A stretch of 64,000 nucleotides of DNA from an uncultured Acidobacteriota bacterium. Its GTDB lineage: Bacteria; Acidobacteriota; Terriglobia; Terriglobales; Acidobacteriaceae. The notes beneath the pieces were generated by a model that worked only from the letters and a program-made list of their open reading frames with translations, did no database searches and had not been told where the DNA came from. The stretch covers positions 3,367 through 67,366 of the forward strand of contig CAVYQB010000012.1 in assembly GCA_963770465.1 (NCBI GenBank), in the 5' to 3' direction. The position numbers were made by a program, and so were the translations under genes. Below, piece after piece: positions 37,995 through 47,349 of the stretch; positions within the stretch are counted from its first letter, which is position 1; every line of letters begins with the position of its first letter.

Positions 37995-38453
37995 TTGATG
38001 CTGAAGAGTGCTTGTTTGATTGTGATGGTTGTTTTCGTAGCTGCGGCGCTTTTTGCGCAGAGCAGCAAGATACCCGACAACAATTCGCCCACAAAGGTTA
38101 CCGGCGACGGAACCAAGACCGCCGACGGCCTGCAGTATTGGGACATAAAAGTCGGTACGGGCCCTACTGCTGCCGCGGGCCAGAGCGCCAAGGTCCATTA
38201 CACCGGATGGCTAACCAGCGGCAAGAAATTCGACAGCTCCCTCGATCGCGGCGAGCCCTTTGTCGTGGAACCTTTGGGCAGCGCTCCGGTCATTCAAGGG
38301 TGGAATGAAGGCATTATCGGCATGAAGGTAGGCGGCAAGCGGCAGTTGCGCATCCCCCCGCAACTCGGCTATGGAGCGCGTGGGACGCCGGGTGGCCCGA
38401 TCCCTCCCAACGCGACGCTAATCTTTGATGTGGAATTGTTGGGCGTGCGATAG
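37995..38453 (+). CDS. secreted FKBP-type peptidyl-prolyl cis-trans isomerase
   Basis: VHYTGWL..GKKFDSS...VIQGWNEGIIGMKVGGKRQLRIPP.LGYG. Confidence 0.92.
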   Translation: MMLKSACLIVMVVFVAAALFAQSSKIPDNNSPTKVTGDGTKTADGLQYWDIKVGTGPTAAAGQSAKVHYTGWLTSGKKFDSSLDRGEPFVVEPLGSAPVIQGWNEGIIGMKVGGKRQLRIPPQLGYGARGTPGGPIPPNATLIFDVELLGVR

Positions 38454-38481
38454 GCTTTGCCGCGAACTCGGAGCTAGGAGA

Positions 38482-38525
38482 ATTTACGATTTCCAATTGT
38501 CAATTTGCAATTGGAAATCGTAAAT
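38482..38525. terminator. bidirectional terminator hairpin (18-bp perfect stem) between FKBP and rpmB
   Basis: atttacgatttccaattg / caattggaaatcgtaaat with an 8-nt loop. Confidence 0.6.
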
Positions 38526-38551
38526 CTGGGATGAAGGTCTTTAGCCCGTTC

Positions 38552-38740
38552 TCAGGCCTTAACGACTTTGCCGCTGCGCAGGCAGGAGGTGCACACGCGC
38601 ATGCGTTTCGCGCCGCCTTTTACTTTGGCGCGAACCGGGCGCAAGTTGACGTTCCAGCGCCGGCGGGACACGTTATGAGCGTGGCTGATGGTGTTTCCAA
38701 ATTGCGGCCCTTTGCCGCAGATATCACAAACTTGTGCCAT
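38552..38740 (-). CDS. rpmB: 50S ribosomal protein L28
   Basis: MAQVCDICGKGPQFGNTISHAHNVSRRRWNVNL. Confidence 0.95.
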   Translation of the reverse strand: MAQVCDICGKGPQFGNTISHAHNVSRRRWNVNLRPVRAKVKGGAKRMRVCTSCLRSGKVVKA

Positions 38741-38837
38741 GACAACTCCAGAAAAGTTCAGAACTTAATCGAAGTATAGATTCTACCGGAGTGGAGCTGA
38801 CTTGAGCAAATGTCAGCGCCTAAAACCAGTCAAAGGC

Positions 38838-38857
38838 GGCGGACAAGAATGTCCGCC
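38838..38857 (-). terminator. hairpin-repeat GGCGGACA-loop-TGTCCGCC 3' of the hydrolase gene
   Basis: Second copy of the 35-nt block seen at 16436-16470. Confidence 0.5.
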
Positions 38858-38863
38858 CTACAT

Positions 38864-39790
38864 TCAGTGTTCTAGAATCCAGTCTCTGATCAAGCCTAGA
38901 ATTTCCGGAGTCTCCGGGTCCCACAGCGTGGTGTGAGGCACGTCCGGAAAGATCTTAAAAGACTTGTCGGTGGAAGCACACAACTTGTCGAACGCGATGC
39001 ACTCCCGATGGCTCACCACCCGGTCTTTGCCGCCTTTGATAAGGAGCGTAGGCGCATGCACGCGAGGTGCGATTTTCCATCGCCAGCCGAACACAATCCG
39101 CTGCACATCCAGCAGGTAGCCAAAACTGATGTGCTTGTACGATAGCGGATCGACGCGACGCCGCGCGACGAACTCCAGATCACGCGAACTTTCCTCAAGA
39201 CGCCTGCCCACAAGGCTGATTACTGGCTCGCGATGAGCCAGTGCAAGGTAAGGCATCAGGCTCAAGCTTTCGAGACTCACAAACTGGCTTAGGTCGAGAT
39301 TCAAAGCTAAGGCAAGTAGAATAAGCCCGCCGAGCTCGCGGCTGTTGCGCTTCGCGTAGTTAAGAGCAAGGTCGGCGCCCATGCTGTCACCCAGCAAGAA
39401 AACCTTGGCCGTCGGCCGCTGCTCCTTCACCAAGCGGATCATGCATTCGACGTCTGCTCCCACTTCAATAGAAGTGCCGACGTATCCGCGTCGGCCCTGT
39501 GAGAGACCGTGCCCGCGGGCGTCCAATGCATAGACTTCCGTGCCGCTGGAGTTCAGGGCTTCAGCGACAATTTTGTAGGGACCGCTGTGGTATCCAATGC
39601 CATGCAGCACTACCACAACTCGACCGTTCCACGACGTTGTGGCCGGCCAGTGGCGATAGAAAAGGCGTGTCTGATCAACAGAGGAAACGTATCCGTGGCG
39701 GTCAGCAATCGTGGCTGACAGCCGAGGTATATCCTCGGCCGAGATGACCTCGGGCGGCATCAGTTGTTCTATCGAAGCGGAATCGAGCAT
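38864..39790 (-). CDS. alpha/beta hydrolase (lysophospholipase/monoacylglycerol-lipase-like)
   Basis: VVVLHGIGYHSG, nucleophile elbow GDSMGA. Confidence 0.8.
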   Translation of the reverse strand: MLDSASIEQLMPPEVISAEDIPRLSATIADRHGYVSSVDQTRLFYRHWPATTSWNGRVVVVLHGIGYHSGPYKIVAEALNSSGTEVYALDARGHGLSQGRRGYVGTSIEVGADVECMIRLVKEQRPTAKVFLLGDSMGADLALNYAKRNSRELGGLILLALALNLDLSQFVSLESLSLMPYLALAHREPVISLVGRRLEESSRDLEFVARRRVDPLSYKHISFGYLLDVQRIVFGWRWKIAPRVHAPTLLIKGGKDRVVSHRECIAFDKLCASTDKSFKIFPDVPHTTLWDPETPEILGLIRDWILEH

Positions 39791-39983
39791 GCAGGAGTTA
39801 TGAATAAGACTGTTCTATTCATAACATGCCGCAGAGCGCGAATGCTATTCCCCTGTGGGAATCGACCATTACCAACGGATATGATTCTCTCGTGTGCGTC
39901 CGGTCTCACGAATTCGTGCCTCCCGGGATCGCAAGTATTTTGACATTGCGAGCTCAGCGGTGCGGCTGTGCGATACTAAATTT

Positions 39984-40364
39984 ATGGCGGCTTCGGACCC
40001 GAAATCGGTGAAAGTAAACTTAAGTACTGGTACTGGCCTTGATATCGAGTGGAAGGACGGCCACCAGTCGCACTATTCGTTTCCATTCCTGCGGGATGCC
40101 TGTCCCTGCGCCCTATGCGATGAGACGCGAACCAAGACGCACCTCCAGCCCGGAGAGCCTGCCAAGCCTGCGCCGGGAACGCTGCCCATGTTCAAACCCA
40201 CAGTCAAAGCGACTTCGGCGGAAGGCGTGGGCAAGTACGCGATCAAGTTTCATTTCAACGACGGGCACGAGTTGGGGATTTACTCGTGGCAGTTCTTGCG
40301 GGACTGGTGCCCCTGCGAGGAGTGCAAGAAAGCACGGGCCAGCCACGCCGGCGCACATCACTAG
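39984..40364 (+). CDS. DUF971 domain protein
   Basis: Duplicated ...HYSFPFLRDACPCALC / ...IYSWQFLRDWCPCEEC pattern. Internal ATG 39984 chosen as start. Confidence 0.75.
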   Translation: MAASDPKSVKVNLSTGTGLDIEWKDGHQSHYSFPFLRDACPCALCDETRTKTHLQPGEPAKPAPGTLPMFKPTVKATSAEGVGKYAIKFHFNDGHELGIYSWQFLRDWCPCEECKKARASHAGAHH

Positions 40365-40517
40365 AAAATACGGCTAGAAATGCGATGGCCCCGATTTCTC
40401 GGGGCCAGCAATTCTTGGGTACTTACAGCACCCTGTCGACTTCCTTAAATATAGTTCACCACGATTTTCGGTCAAGTGACTTACGACGAATCCCTTGTAA
40501 AATCAAAGTAGCCGATT

Positions 40518-43151
40518 TTGGAGCTTCTCCCGACTTTGTCTTTTCTTGATCAACTTAATCCGCAGCAGCGTGAGGCTGTTGAAACTGTCGACGGGCCCGT
40601 ACTGATCCTAGCTGGCGCCGGGAGCGGGAAGACTCGCGTTATCACTTACCGGATCGCCAATTTGATCGAGAACGTGGGCGTGATGCCGGAATCAATCCTC
40701 GCGATGACGTTCACCAACAAAGCGGCGTCGGAGATGGTGGAACGCGTCGACAAGCTGGTGGGCGGATTGTCCATTGCCAAGCCGGTCATCTCTACGTTCC
40801 ATTCTTTCTGCGTGCGGGTATTGCGGCGCGACATCGAGGCGCTGCGCATTCCTTCATCCGTTCCTGGCAAGCCGCCCATCGGACACACCAAAAGTTTTGT
40901 CATTTATGACGAGAGCGATCAGGCGCAGCTCGTCAGGTCAGTTATGCGGCGGTTGGGCATTGACGACAAGCAGACTACACCGCGTTCCGTGCTGGCGCAT
41001 ATTTCCTGGGCGAAGAATCACATGCTTGATCCTCAGGAAGTTTATTTACAATCGGCTGATCCGAAGACGGAGCGCGTGGCCCAGATTTACGCCGAGTACA
41101 AGAAAGAATTGGCTAAGGCCAACGCCCTCGATTTCGATGATCTGCTGCTCGAAACCGTGCGATTGCTCAAAGCCGCTCCTGAAGTACGGGAATATTACAA
41201 CCGGCGGTTTCAGTACATTCTGGTCGATGAATATCAGGACACGAATCGGCCGCAGTACGAATTGATGCGACTGCTCGCGGGAACCCGGCACAACGTGTGC
41301 GCCGTCGGCGATGAGGACCAGTCGATTTATTCGTGGCGCGGCGCGGACATTCGCAATATTCTGGAGTTTGAAAAAGATTTTCCCGAGGCAAAGATTATTC
41401 GGCTGGAACAGAATTATCGGTCGACACAAAACATTCTGCAGGCAGCGTCGACGGTGGTGGCGAATAACCTCAAGCGCAAAGGCAAGAATCTGTGGACGTC
41501 GCGTCAGGGTGGCACCAAGCTCGGCTATTACGAAGCTCCGGATGGCGAGAACGAGGCATTGTTCGCGGCTGATTATATTGCGAAGTATTTGCGGGAGGCC
41601 GTGGATCAAGGCGAGAATGCGCGCGCGGCGGTGCTTTACCGTACCAATTCGCAGTCGCGGCTGTTCGAAGAAGCAATGCGCCGCTACCAGTTGAGGTATC
41701 ACGTGGTCGGCGGATTTTCTTTCTACGAACGCGCCGAAATCAAAGACATGATTTCGTATTTGAAAGTTATCCATAACGTGGACGACACGATTTCCCTGTT
41801 GCGCGTGATTAATACGCCCGTGCGTGGGATCGGCAAGACGACACTCGAAACTTTGGAGCGGGTCGCTCTCGAGACTGGAGTTTCGCTGTGGGGTGCGATA
41901 AGCGAGATGATCAAACGTCAGCTTTTGCCGCAGCGGGCATTGGCTGCGCTGAAGAGTTTCCGGGCGCTTATTGAAGATGGGCGGGCCATGCTGGCGGGAA
42001 CTTATGTGGAAAGGTTGGAACAGACTGCGCGAGGGGAAGAAGATGCAGTCGCGCTCGACGAATCGCCGGAGGAGACAGACATTTCCTTTGATCCCAGCGA
42101 AGACGAAAATATTTCGTTCGACTTCGGAGATGCTGACCTGGCTACTGGAACTCTTAGCCCATCCGAAGCGGGCGAGGGCGCCCGCTCCACACCAACTGAC
42201 GATGGCTTCCGAACCCCTGGCGGTCCGGCTAGCACCGCCGAAATTTTGAAGTTCCTTATCGACCGCACTGGTTACATCAAACTGCTTGAAGAAGAAGACA
42301 CGCCCGAGGCTTACTCTCGAATTGAGAACCTGCGCGAACTGGTGAATGCCGCAATGGATTCGCGTGACCGAGGCGAAACGCTGGATCAGTTTCTCGATCA
42401 TGCCGCGCTGGTGAGCGATGCTGACGCCTATGACGAACGGGCACAGATCACGTTGATGACCCTGCACGCCGCCAAAGGCCTGGAGTTCTCCCTAGTTTTT
42501 CTCGCCGGCCTGGAAGAAGGATTGTTCCCACACTCTCGAACTTTTTTGCAGCTGGATGATATCGAAGAGGAACGGCGCTTGTGCTACGTGGGTATGACGC
42601 GGGCAATGGACACGCTTATCTTGACCCGCGCTGTATACCGCCGTCGTTATGGGACCGATCTGCCTGAAGCCAGTGTGCCTTCACGATTTCTTGAAGAAGT
42701 GCCCGCGGAGTTGGTCGAGGAACTGGGTGGGTCGCGGCGGAAGCGGGAGTCTTCGCGGATAAATTCGCGGACAGGAATGTCCGCGCCACACGAACCAGAG
42801 CAGCAAGCTCACTACGCGTACGAGGATGAGGATCAAAGCTCTGCAAACTGGAATGCTCCCAGCAAACTACGGGCTCCTGCTTATTCTGGACGCAGTTACA
42901 ATTCCATCGACAACATCGCGGAGTTTTTCGCTTCGCGCGGGAAGAAATTTTCCACGCCGAAGTTGCCGGTCGAGGAACCCAAAGGCAAAAAGGGTTTTCG
43001 GCCCGGACAGAAGGTGCGGCATCCGAAATATGGCGAGGGCACGGTCTATCATCGCGAAGGAGACGGTGAAGAGGCCAAGATTACGGTACAATTCCCTCGC
43101 TTCGGTTTGAAGAAGCTGGTGGAGAAGTATGCGCAGTTGGAGAGAGCGTAA
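40518..43151 (+). CDS. pcrA: ATP-dependent DNA helicase PcrA/UvrD with long acidic insertion and C-terminal Tudor-like tail
   Basis: LNPQQREAV, GAGSGKT, DEYQDTN, C-terminal GQKVRHPKYGEGTV. TTG start as in the track. Confidence 0.9.
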   Translation: MELLPTLSFLDQLNPQQREAVETVDGPVLILAGAGSGKTRVITYRIANLIENVGVMPESILAMTFTNKAASEMVERVDKLVGGLSIAKPVISTFHSFCVRVLRRDIEALRIPSSVPGKPPIGHTKSFVIYDESDQAQLVRSVMRRLGIDDKQTTPRSVLAHISWAKNHMLDPQEVYLQSADPKTERVAQIYAEYKKELAKANALDFDDLLLETVRLLKAAPEVREYYNRRFQYILVDEYQDTNRPQYELMRLLAGTRHNVCAVGDEDQSIYSWRGADIRNILEFEKDFPEAKIIRLEQNYRSTQNILQAASTVVANNLKRKGKNLWTSRQGGTKLGYYEAPDGENEALFAADYIAKYLREAVDQGENARAAVLYRTNSQSRLFEEAMRRYQLRYHVVGGFSFYERAEIKDMISYLKVIHNVDDTISLLRVINTPVRGIGKTTLETLERVALETGVSLWGAISEMIKRQLLPQRALAALKSFRALIEDGRAMLAGTYVERLEQTARGEEDAVALDESPEETDISFDPSEDENISFDFGDADLATGTLSPSEAGEGARSTPTDDGFRTPGGPASTAEILKFLIDRTGYIKLLEEEDTPEAYSRIENLRELVNAAMDSRDRGETLDQFLDHAALVSDADAYDERAQITLMTLHAAKGLEFSLVFLAGLEEGLFPHSRTFLQLDDIEEERRLCYVGMTRAMDTLILTRAVYRRRYGTDLPEASVPSRFLEEVPAELVEELGGSRRKRESSRINSRTGMSAPHEPEQQAHYAYEDEDQSSANWNAPSKLRAPAYSGRSYNSIDNIAEFFASRGKKFSTPKLPVEEPKGKKGFRPGQKVRHPKYGEGTVYHREGDGEEAKITVQFPRFGLKKLVEKYAQLERA

Positions 43152-43176
43152 GAACGAAAAGTGATTTTGTAATCGG

Positions 43177-43200
43177 GTAATTGGGAAGATCCCCAATTAC
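43177..43200 (+). terminator. hairpin gtaattggg-loop-cccaattac after pcrA
   Basis: 9-bp stem 26 nt after the stop. No strong U tract. Confidence 0.35.
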
Positions 43201-43237
43201 GCAATTACCAAATTACAAATCCGCAATCAGGACACTC

Positions 43238-43399
43238 ATGGCAAATACAAAAACACTGAGCAAAGAAGAACGTAAGAAAGCAAAACGAACATCGCGTAAG
43301 AAAGTGAAAACCGAAAAGCCGTTGAAGCCGCGGGAGTACGCCCGCGGATCCAAGAAGCGAAAAGTGAAGAAGATGGTGCGCGGCGCGGCGAAGAGATAA
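43238..43399 (+). CDS. 53-aa lysine/arginine-rich small protein
   Basis: Internal ATG of ORF 43181..43399, giving MANTKTLSKEERKKAKRTSRKKVK.... An 11-bp perfect hairpin (43410-43437) lies 10 nt after the stop. Confidence 0.35.
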   Translation: MANTKTLSKEERKKAKRTSRKKVKTEKPLKPREYARGSKKRKVKKMVRGAAKR

Positions 43400-43474
43400 C
43401 CGGTGGCAATTGGCCAGCGACAGCGTTCGCTGGCCAAGCGCTGACCATGACTTCGGCTCCGGAGACAACGCCCT

Positions 43475-45079
43475 TTGGCTCAAATCCCGACCACCGATAA
43501 TCACACTACGGAAGGCAGTCCTCGCACCTCGGACAACCAGCTTTTCTGTTGCAAGTCCATCGATAAACTGATCTCCGATTCGGAGGAGCCGGAGCGAAGG
43601 CTGAAAAAGACCCTGGGCCCGGTCTCGCTCACGGCTCTCGGCATTGGCGCGGTGATCGGATCGGGCATTTTCACGGTGATCGGCACGGCGATCGGAGGTC
43701 AGAAGTTCGATACCTCGTCGATTCTGAACGCGCCGCTGCTGGATTTTCTGGTTACGCACCACGCCTCGCTGGGGCGGCCGGGCGCGGGTCCAGCGCTCGC
43801 ACTCTCATTGGTCCTCGTCGCTATTGTCTGCGCTTTCACCGGACTCTGTTATGCCGAGCTCGCGTCGATGATTCCGATTGCGGGCAGCGCTTACACATAC
43901 ACCTACGCAACCATGGGCGAACTCATCGCCTGGATCATTGGTTGGGACCTGATTCTCGAATACGCCGTGAGCAATATGGCAGTGAGCGTGGGCTTCTCAG
44001 CCCATTTGGTGGGCATGTTTGACTGGTTCGGATTTCATCCTGCGTTGCGGTGGATTTCACCTGCGTACTTACCGGGAGGCTTGACGGATCTGAAGGGCGA
44101 TGTCCTTTATACTCCCGGCCTCCACTTCGGTTTCAACTTCCCGGCGTTTTTTGTGGTCATGATTTTGACCGTGATCCTGGTGCGAGGCATTCGCGAGTCG
44201 GCAGAGGCCAACAATGTGATGGTCCTTCTGAAGATTGCGGCTATTCTCGCGTTCGTCATCGTGGGCGCGCAATACGTGCATCCGAGCAACTGGCAGCCTT
44301 TCGCGCCCAACGGATGGTCCGGCATCCTGACCGGTGGCTCGATTATATTTTTCACCTACATTGGATTCGATTCGGTCTCGACCGCTGCCGAAGAAGCCCG
44401 CAATCCGCAACGCGATTTGCCGATCGGCATTATTGCCACGCTGGTCGTGTGCACCATTCTTTACATCGGCGTCGCGATTGTGCTCACCGGCATCGTGCCC
44501 TGGCAGTCAGTGCGCGACGATGCCGCGCCCGTCGTCAATGCAATGAAATTGCTAACCGTGCGTACCGGCTCGCACACTTTGAGCTGGATTCATCTGGGAG
44601 TGCTGTTCGGGGCAATGATGGGGATGATCTCGTCGCTACTGGTTTTCCAGCTTGGGCAAGCGCGGGTGTGGTTCTCCATGTCTCGCGATGGTCTGCTACC
44701 CAGGCTTTTCGGCCGCGTTCACCCGCGTTTCCGCACGCCCGCGACAGCCACCTGGATCGCCGGTCTCCTGGTTGGAATTCCCGCCGGCTTTCTCGACATC
44801 GGCACGCTTTCTGATCTGTCGAATATCGGCACGCTGTTCGCCTTTGTACTCGTATCCATCGGCGTGATAATTTTGCGTTATCGCGATCCCGGCCGCCGCC
44901 GCGGGTTTCGCGCCCCAGGCGGCATTGCGGCACCCGTGCTAAGCGTATTCTTCTGCGTCCTGCTGATGTCCGGTTTGCCAATCTTGACCTGGCTGCGATT
45001 CTTCGCCTGGCTCGCCATCGGATTGACCGTCTACGCGCTTTACAGCCGCCATCACAGCGAATTTTCTAGGAAACCGTAG
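43475..45079 (+). CDS. APC-family (cationic amino acid transporter-like) permease
   Basis: Multi-TM translation with GIGAVIGSGIF and FTYIGFDSVSTAAEEARNPQRDLP motifs. Confidence 0.85.
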   Translation: MAQIPTTDNHTTEGSPRTSDNQLFCCKSIDKLISDSEEPERRLKKTLGPVSLTALGIGAVIGSGIFTVIGTAIGGQKFDTSSILNAPLLDFLVTHHASLGRPGAGPALALSLVLVAIVCAFTGLCYAELASMIPIAGSAYTYTYATMGELIAWIIGWDLILEYAVSNMAVSVGFSAHLVGMFDWFGFHPALRWISPAYLPGGLTDLKGDVLYTPGLHFGFNFPAFFVVMILTVILVRGIRESAEANNVMVLLKIAAILAFVIVGAQYVHPSNWQPFAPNGWSGILTGGSIIFFTYIGFDSVSTAAEEARNPQRDLPIGIIATLVVCTILYIGVAIVLTGIVPWQSVRDDAAPVVNAMKLLTVRTGSHTLSWIHLGVLFGAMMGMISSLLVFQLGQARVWFSMSRDGLLPRLFGRVHPRFRTPATATWIAGLLVGIPAGFLDIGTLSDLSNIGTLFAFVLVSIGVIILRYRDPGRRRGFRAPGGIAAPVLSVFFCVLLMSGLPILTWLRFFAWLAIGLTVYALYSRHHSEFSRKP

Positions 45080-45093
45080 TTTGCGCTCAGTGA

Positions 45094-45873
45094 TCACTTG
45101 GCAGAGCCGGGTGCAATGTCGAAGCCGTAGGTCCTCAACACATCCGCAACCGCATCTGACTTGAAGTAGGACAAGAATTGCCCTGCCGCTTCCTTATTTT
45201 TGGACGACTTCAAAATGACACAGGCCTGTTCAATCGGCGGGTATTCTGTGACAGGGACCTCGACGTACCGGCCTTTGTCTTTCATGTTTGGAGATAGCGC
45301 CAGCGACAACGCCACGATGCCAACATCGGCCGCTCCGGAAACAACAAACGAAGCTGTCTGCGAAATATTTTCGCCAAGCACAAACTTGTCCTTCACTTTT
45401 TCGTAGATGTTTGCTTTCTGCATTGCTGCGACAGCGGCCTGCCCGTACGGAGCATGTGGCGGGTTGGCCACGGCGATCTTCTTGACGGCACCATCCAATA
45501 GAACCTGCATGCCTGATTTCAAATCGAGTCTTGACTCGTTTTTAACCCAGATCACAATCTTGCCATCGGCGTATGGGTAGAAGCTTCCCGGCTCGATCAA
45601 TCCAGCAGCTTCCAGTTTTTTCGGATAGTCGAGGTTAGCCGAAAAGAACATGTCAAAGGGAGCGCCGTTCTGAATCTGCTGGAAAAAATTCCCCGACGAA
45701 CCATAAGTGACCTTTACCGTCTTCCCCGTCTCTTTTTGGAATCGCACGGCCACATCTTGCATCGCAAATTGCAGATCTGCCGCGGCCGCTACCGTGATTT
45801 CCTGCGCCCGGCATAACGGCGAAATGAGCCCGATCGCTCCCATCACGATAAGGCTCAGTCTTTGCAAGTTCAT
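45094..45873 (-). CDS. modA: molybdate ABC transporter substrate-binding protein
   Basis: Signal peptide, AAADLQFAM...YGSSGNFFQQIQNGAPFDMFFSAN. No modBC adjacent. Confidence 0.85.
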   Translation of the reverse strand: MNLQRLSLIVMGAIGLISPLCRAQEITVAAAADLQFAMQDVAVRFQKETGKTVKVTYGSSGNFFQQIQNGAPFDMFFSANLDYPKKLEAAGLIEPGSFYPYADGKIVIWVKNESRLDLKSGMQVLLDGAVKKIAVANPPHAPYGQAAVAAMQKANIYEKVKDKFVLGENISQTASFVVSGAADVGIVALSLALSPNMKDKGRYVEVPVTEYPPIEQACVILKSSKNKEAAGQFLSYFKSDAVADVLRTYGFDIAPGSAK

Positions 45874-45887
45874 CTATTCTTTCCCGA

Positions 45888-46736
45888 CTACGGCGCTACA
45901 TCTTTGATGTGAGTTGCAATGTACCACTGATTGCCGAATGCGTCCTTCACTGCACCGCTGCGGTCGCCGTAAGGCTGGTCGACTGGCTCGGCAATTGAAG
46001 TGGCACCGGCCTGCAACGCTCGCTGATACGTCGCATCACAATCGGGCACGTACAGATAAAACATGGTTGGTATAGGCGGATACTTCCCCTGCGCCTCGCC
46101 CATCTCCACCACTGAGTCCCCGACGCGTATCTCGGCGTGATGAACAACGCCCTCAGGGGATGCATATTTTCCAATTTCCTGCGCCCCAAAAGCCCGCTTC
46201 AAAAAGTTAATGACGGGCTCCGCGCGCAGCGGATGCATATATACATTAACGTTGTTCAGTCCTTTCGGCGTGTACGTCTCGCCCTGGCTGGTAGCGATAT
46301 ACCAATAATTTCCCGCCGGATCTTTCACGCCGCCCGAGCGCTCGCCGTACTCCTGATCTCTGGGTTCGTCGATCGAGGTTGCGCCTGCCTCCAGCGCCTG
46401 TTTGTAAACCGCATCACAATCCGGCACGTAGAGGTGGAGCGCATGAATATTCGCCGTCGAACGGAATTCACGCCCGGGAATTCCACCGCCGATCATAAGC
46501 ATCGAATCGCCGATGCGTACTTCGGCGTGCAGTCCGCCCGCCGATCCTACCGTTCGGAACATCTCTTCGCCACCGAAAGCGTGTTTAGTAAACTCCAGCA
46601 AAGCCGGACCGTCCGCCGCAACCATGTAAGGCGTCACCGTGCGATAGCCTTCAGGAATCGGTTTAACCGCGGGCTTCTTAGCTTTCTCCTCTTTCATCAT
46701 CGCCCGGAAACGGCGGTGCATCTCCTCAACTGACAT
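45888..46736 (-). CDS. tandem two-domain VOC (glyoxalase/PhnB-like) protein; may be the 3' part of a disrupted longer gene
   Basis: Two VOC repeats ending DPAGNYWYIAT and DAFGNQWYIATH. ATG 46736 has an AAGGAAGAG SD. See the finding on the frame shift. Confidence 0.7.
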   Translation of the reverse strand: MSVEEMHRRFRAMMKEEKAKKPAVKPIPEGYRTVTPYMVAADGPALLEFTKHAFGGEEMFRTVGSAGGLHAEVRIGDSMLMIGGGIPGREFRSTANIHALHLYVPDCDAVYKQALEAGATSIDEPRDQEYGERSGGVKDPAGNYWYIATSQGETYTPKGLNNVNVYMHPLRAEPVINFLKRAFGAQEIGKYASPEGVVHHAEIRVGDSVVEMGEAQGKYPPIPTMFYLYVPDCDATYQRALQAGATSIAEPVDQPYGDRSGAVKDAFGNQWYIATHIKDVAP

Positions 46737-47349
46737 CTCTTCCTTTACTGTGGAAATGGCTCCACAGATATCCGAAGGGATCAAGCACAATGCCTTCCCG
46801 ACGACCATAGAATTGATCTGCAATCGGGCGCACTATTTTGCACCCGGCGGAAACTGCGCGGTCCACGAAAGAGTCCACGTCGGGTACCTGGACTGACATA
46901 CTAACCGGCGAACTGCCCGTCGTCTCGGCGCTGTAGCGTCCGCCTTCCGGCCACTCATCGGTCACCATAATCACGGAATCCCCAATCAAAAGCTCGGCGT
47001 GAGGAATGCCTGTTTCGATCTCGAAGCGCATGGTTTCCTTCGCTCCGAAAGCCTTCTGGTAGAATTCGATCGCTTTCGCCGCAGACTTGTAGGTTAATCT
47101 TGGTGCGGCGGAGGTGTGTGTTGCAGCCACAGGTGCTGTCGTAGTTGCCATCGAAATACTCCTTTCTAAATCATTCTTTAAACGAATTTTGAAATCTGCC
47201 TGCGGCAAATCGCGCAACTCAGCAGCGAGGCGGAGAAGCGGGCTAACTCCAGCTTCCGCACGCGGCAAGGCGGCGCTGGGATGATCGATCATCCCCTGCA
47301 GCGCTTCGTCGAGTTGCTCGATCAAACTGCGCTTAGGCATCTTTATCAA
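46726..47349 (-). CDS. anti-sigma-like N-terminal region fused to one VOC/PhnB-like domain
   Basis: Overlaps the ECF sigma stop by 17 nt. The VOC domain ends DPFGYLW and then leaves the family consensus. Confidence 0.65.
   Translation of the reverse strand: MIKMPKRSLIEQLDEALQGMIDHPSAALPRAEAGVSPLLRLAAELRDLPQADFKIRLKNDLERSISMATTTAPVAATHTSAAPRLTYKSAAKAIEFYQKAFGAKETMRFEIETGIPHAELLIGDSVIMVTDEWPEGGRYSAETTGSSPVSMSVQVPDVDSFVDRAVSAGCKIVRPIADQFYGRREGIVLDPFGYLWSHFHSKGRDVS

Noticed and set aside
41046-42467. 473-aa ORF antisense to pcrA. Similar long antisense ORFs occur at 11509..12537, 31027..32124, 35735..36505, 53559..54302, 55982..56758, 47372..48160 and 25189..25983.
   Set aside because: Each lies opposite a gene with unambiguous family motifs. 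Their translations are Arg/Gly/His-rich with no motifs, which is typical of shadow ORFs in GC-rich DNA.
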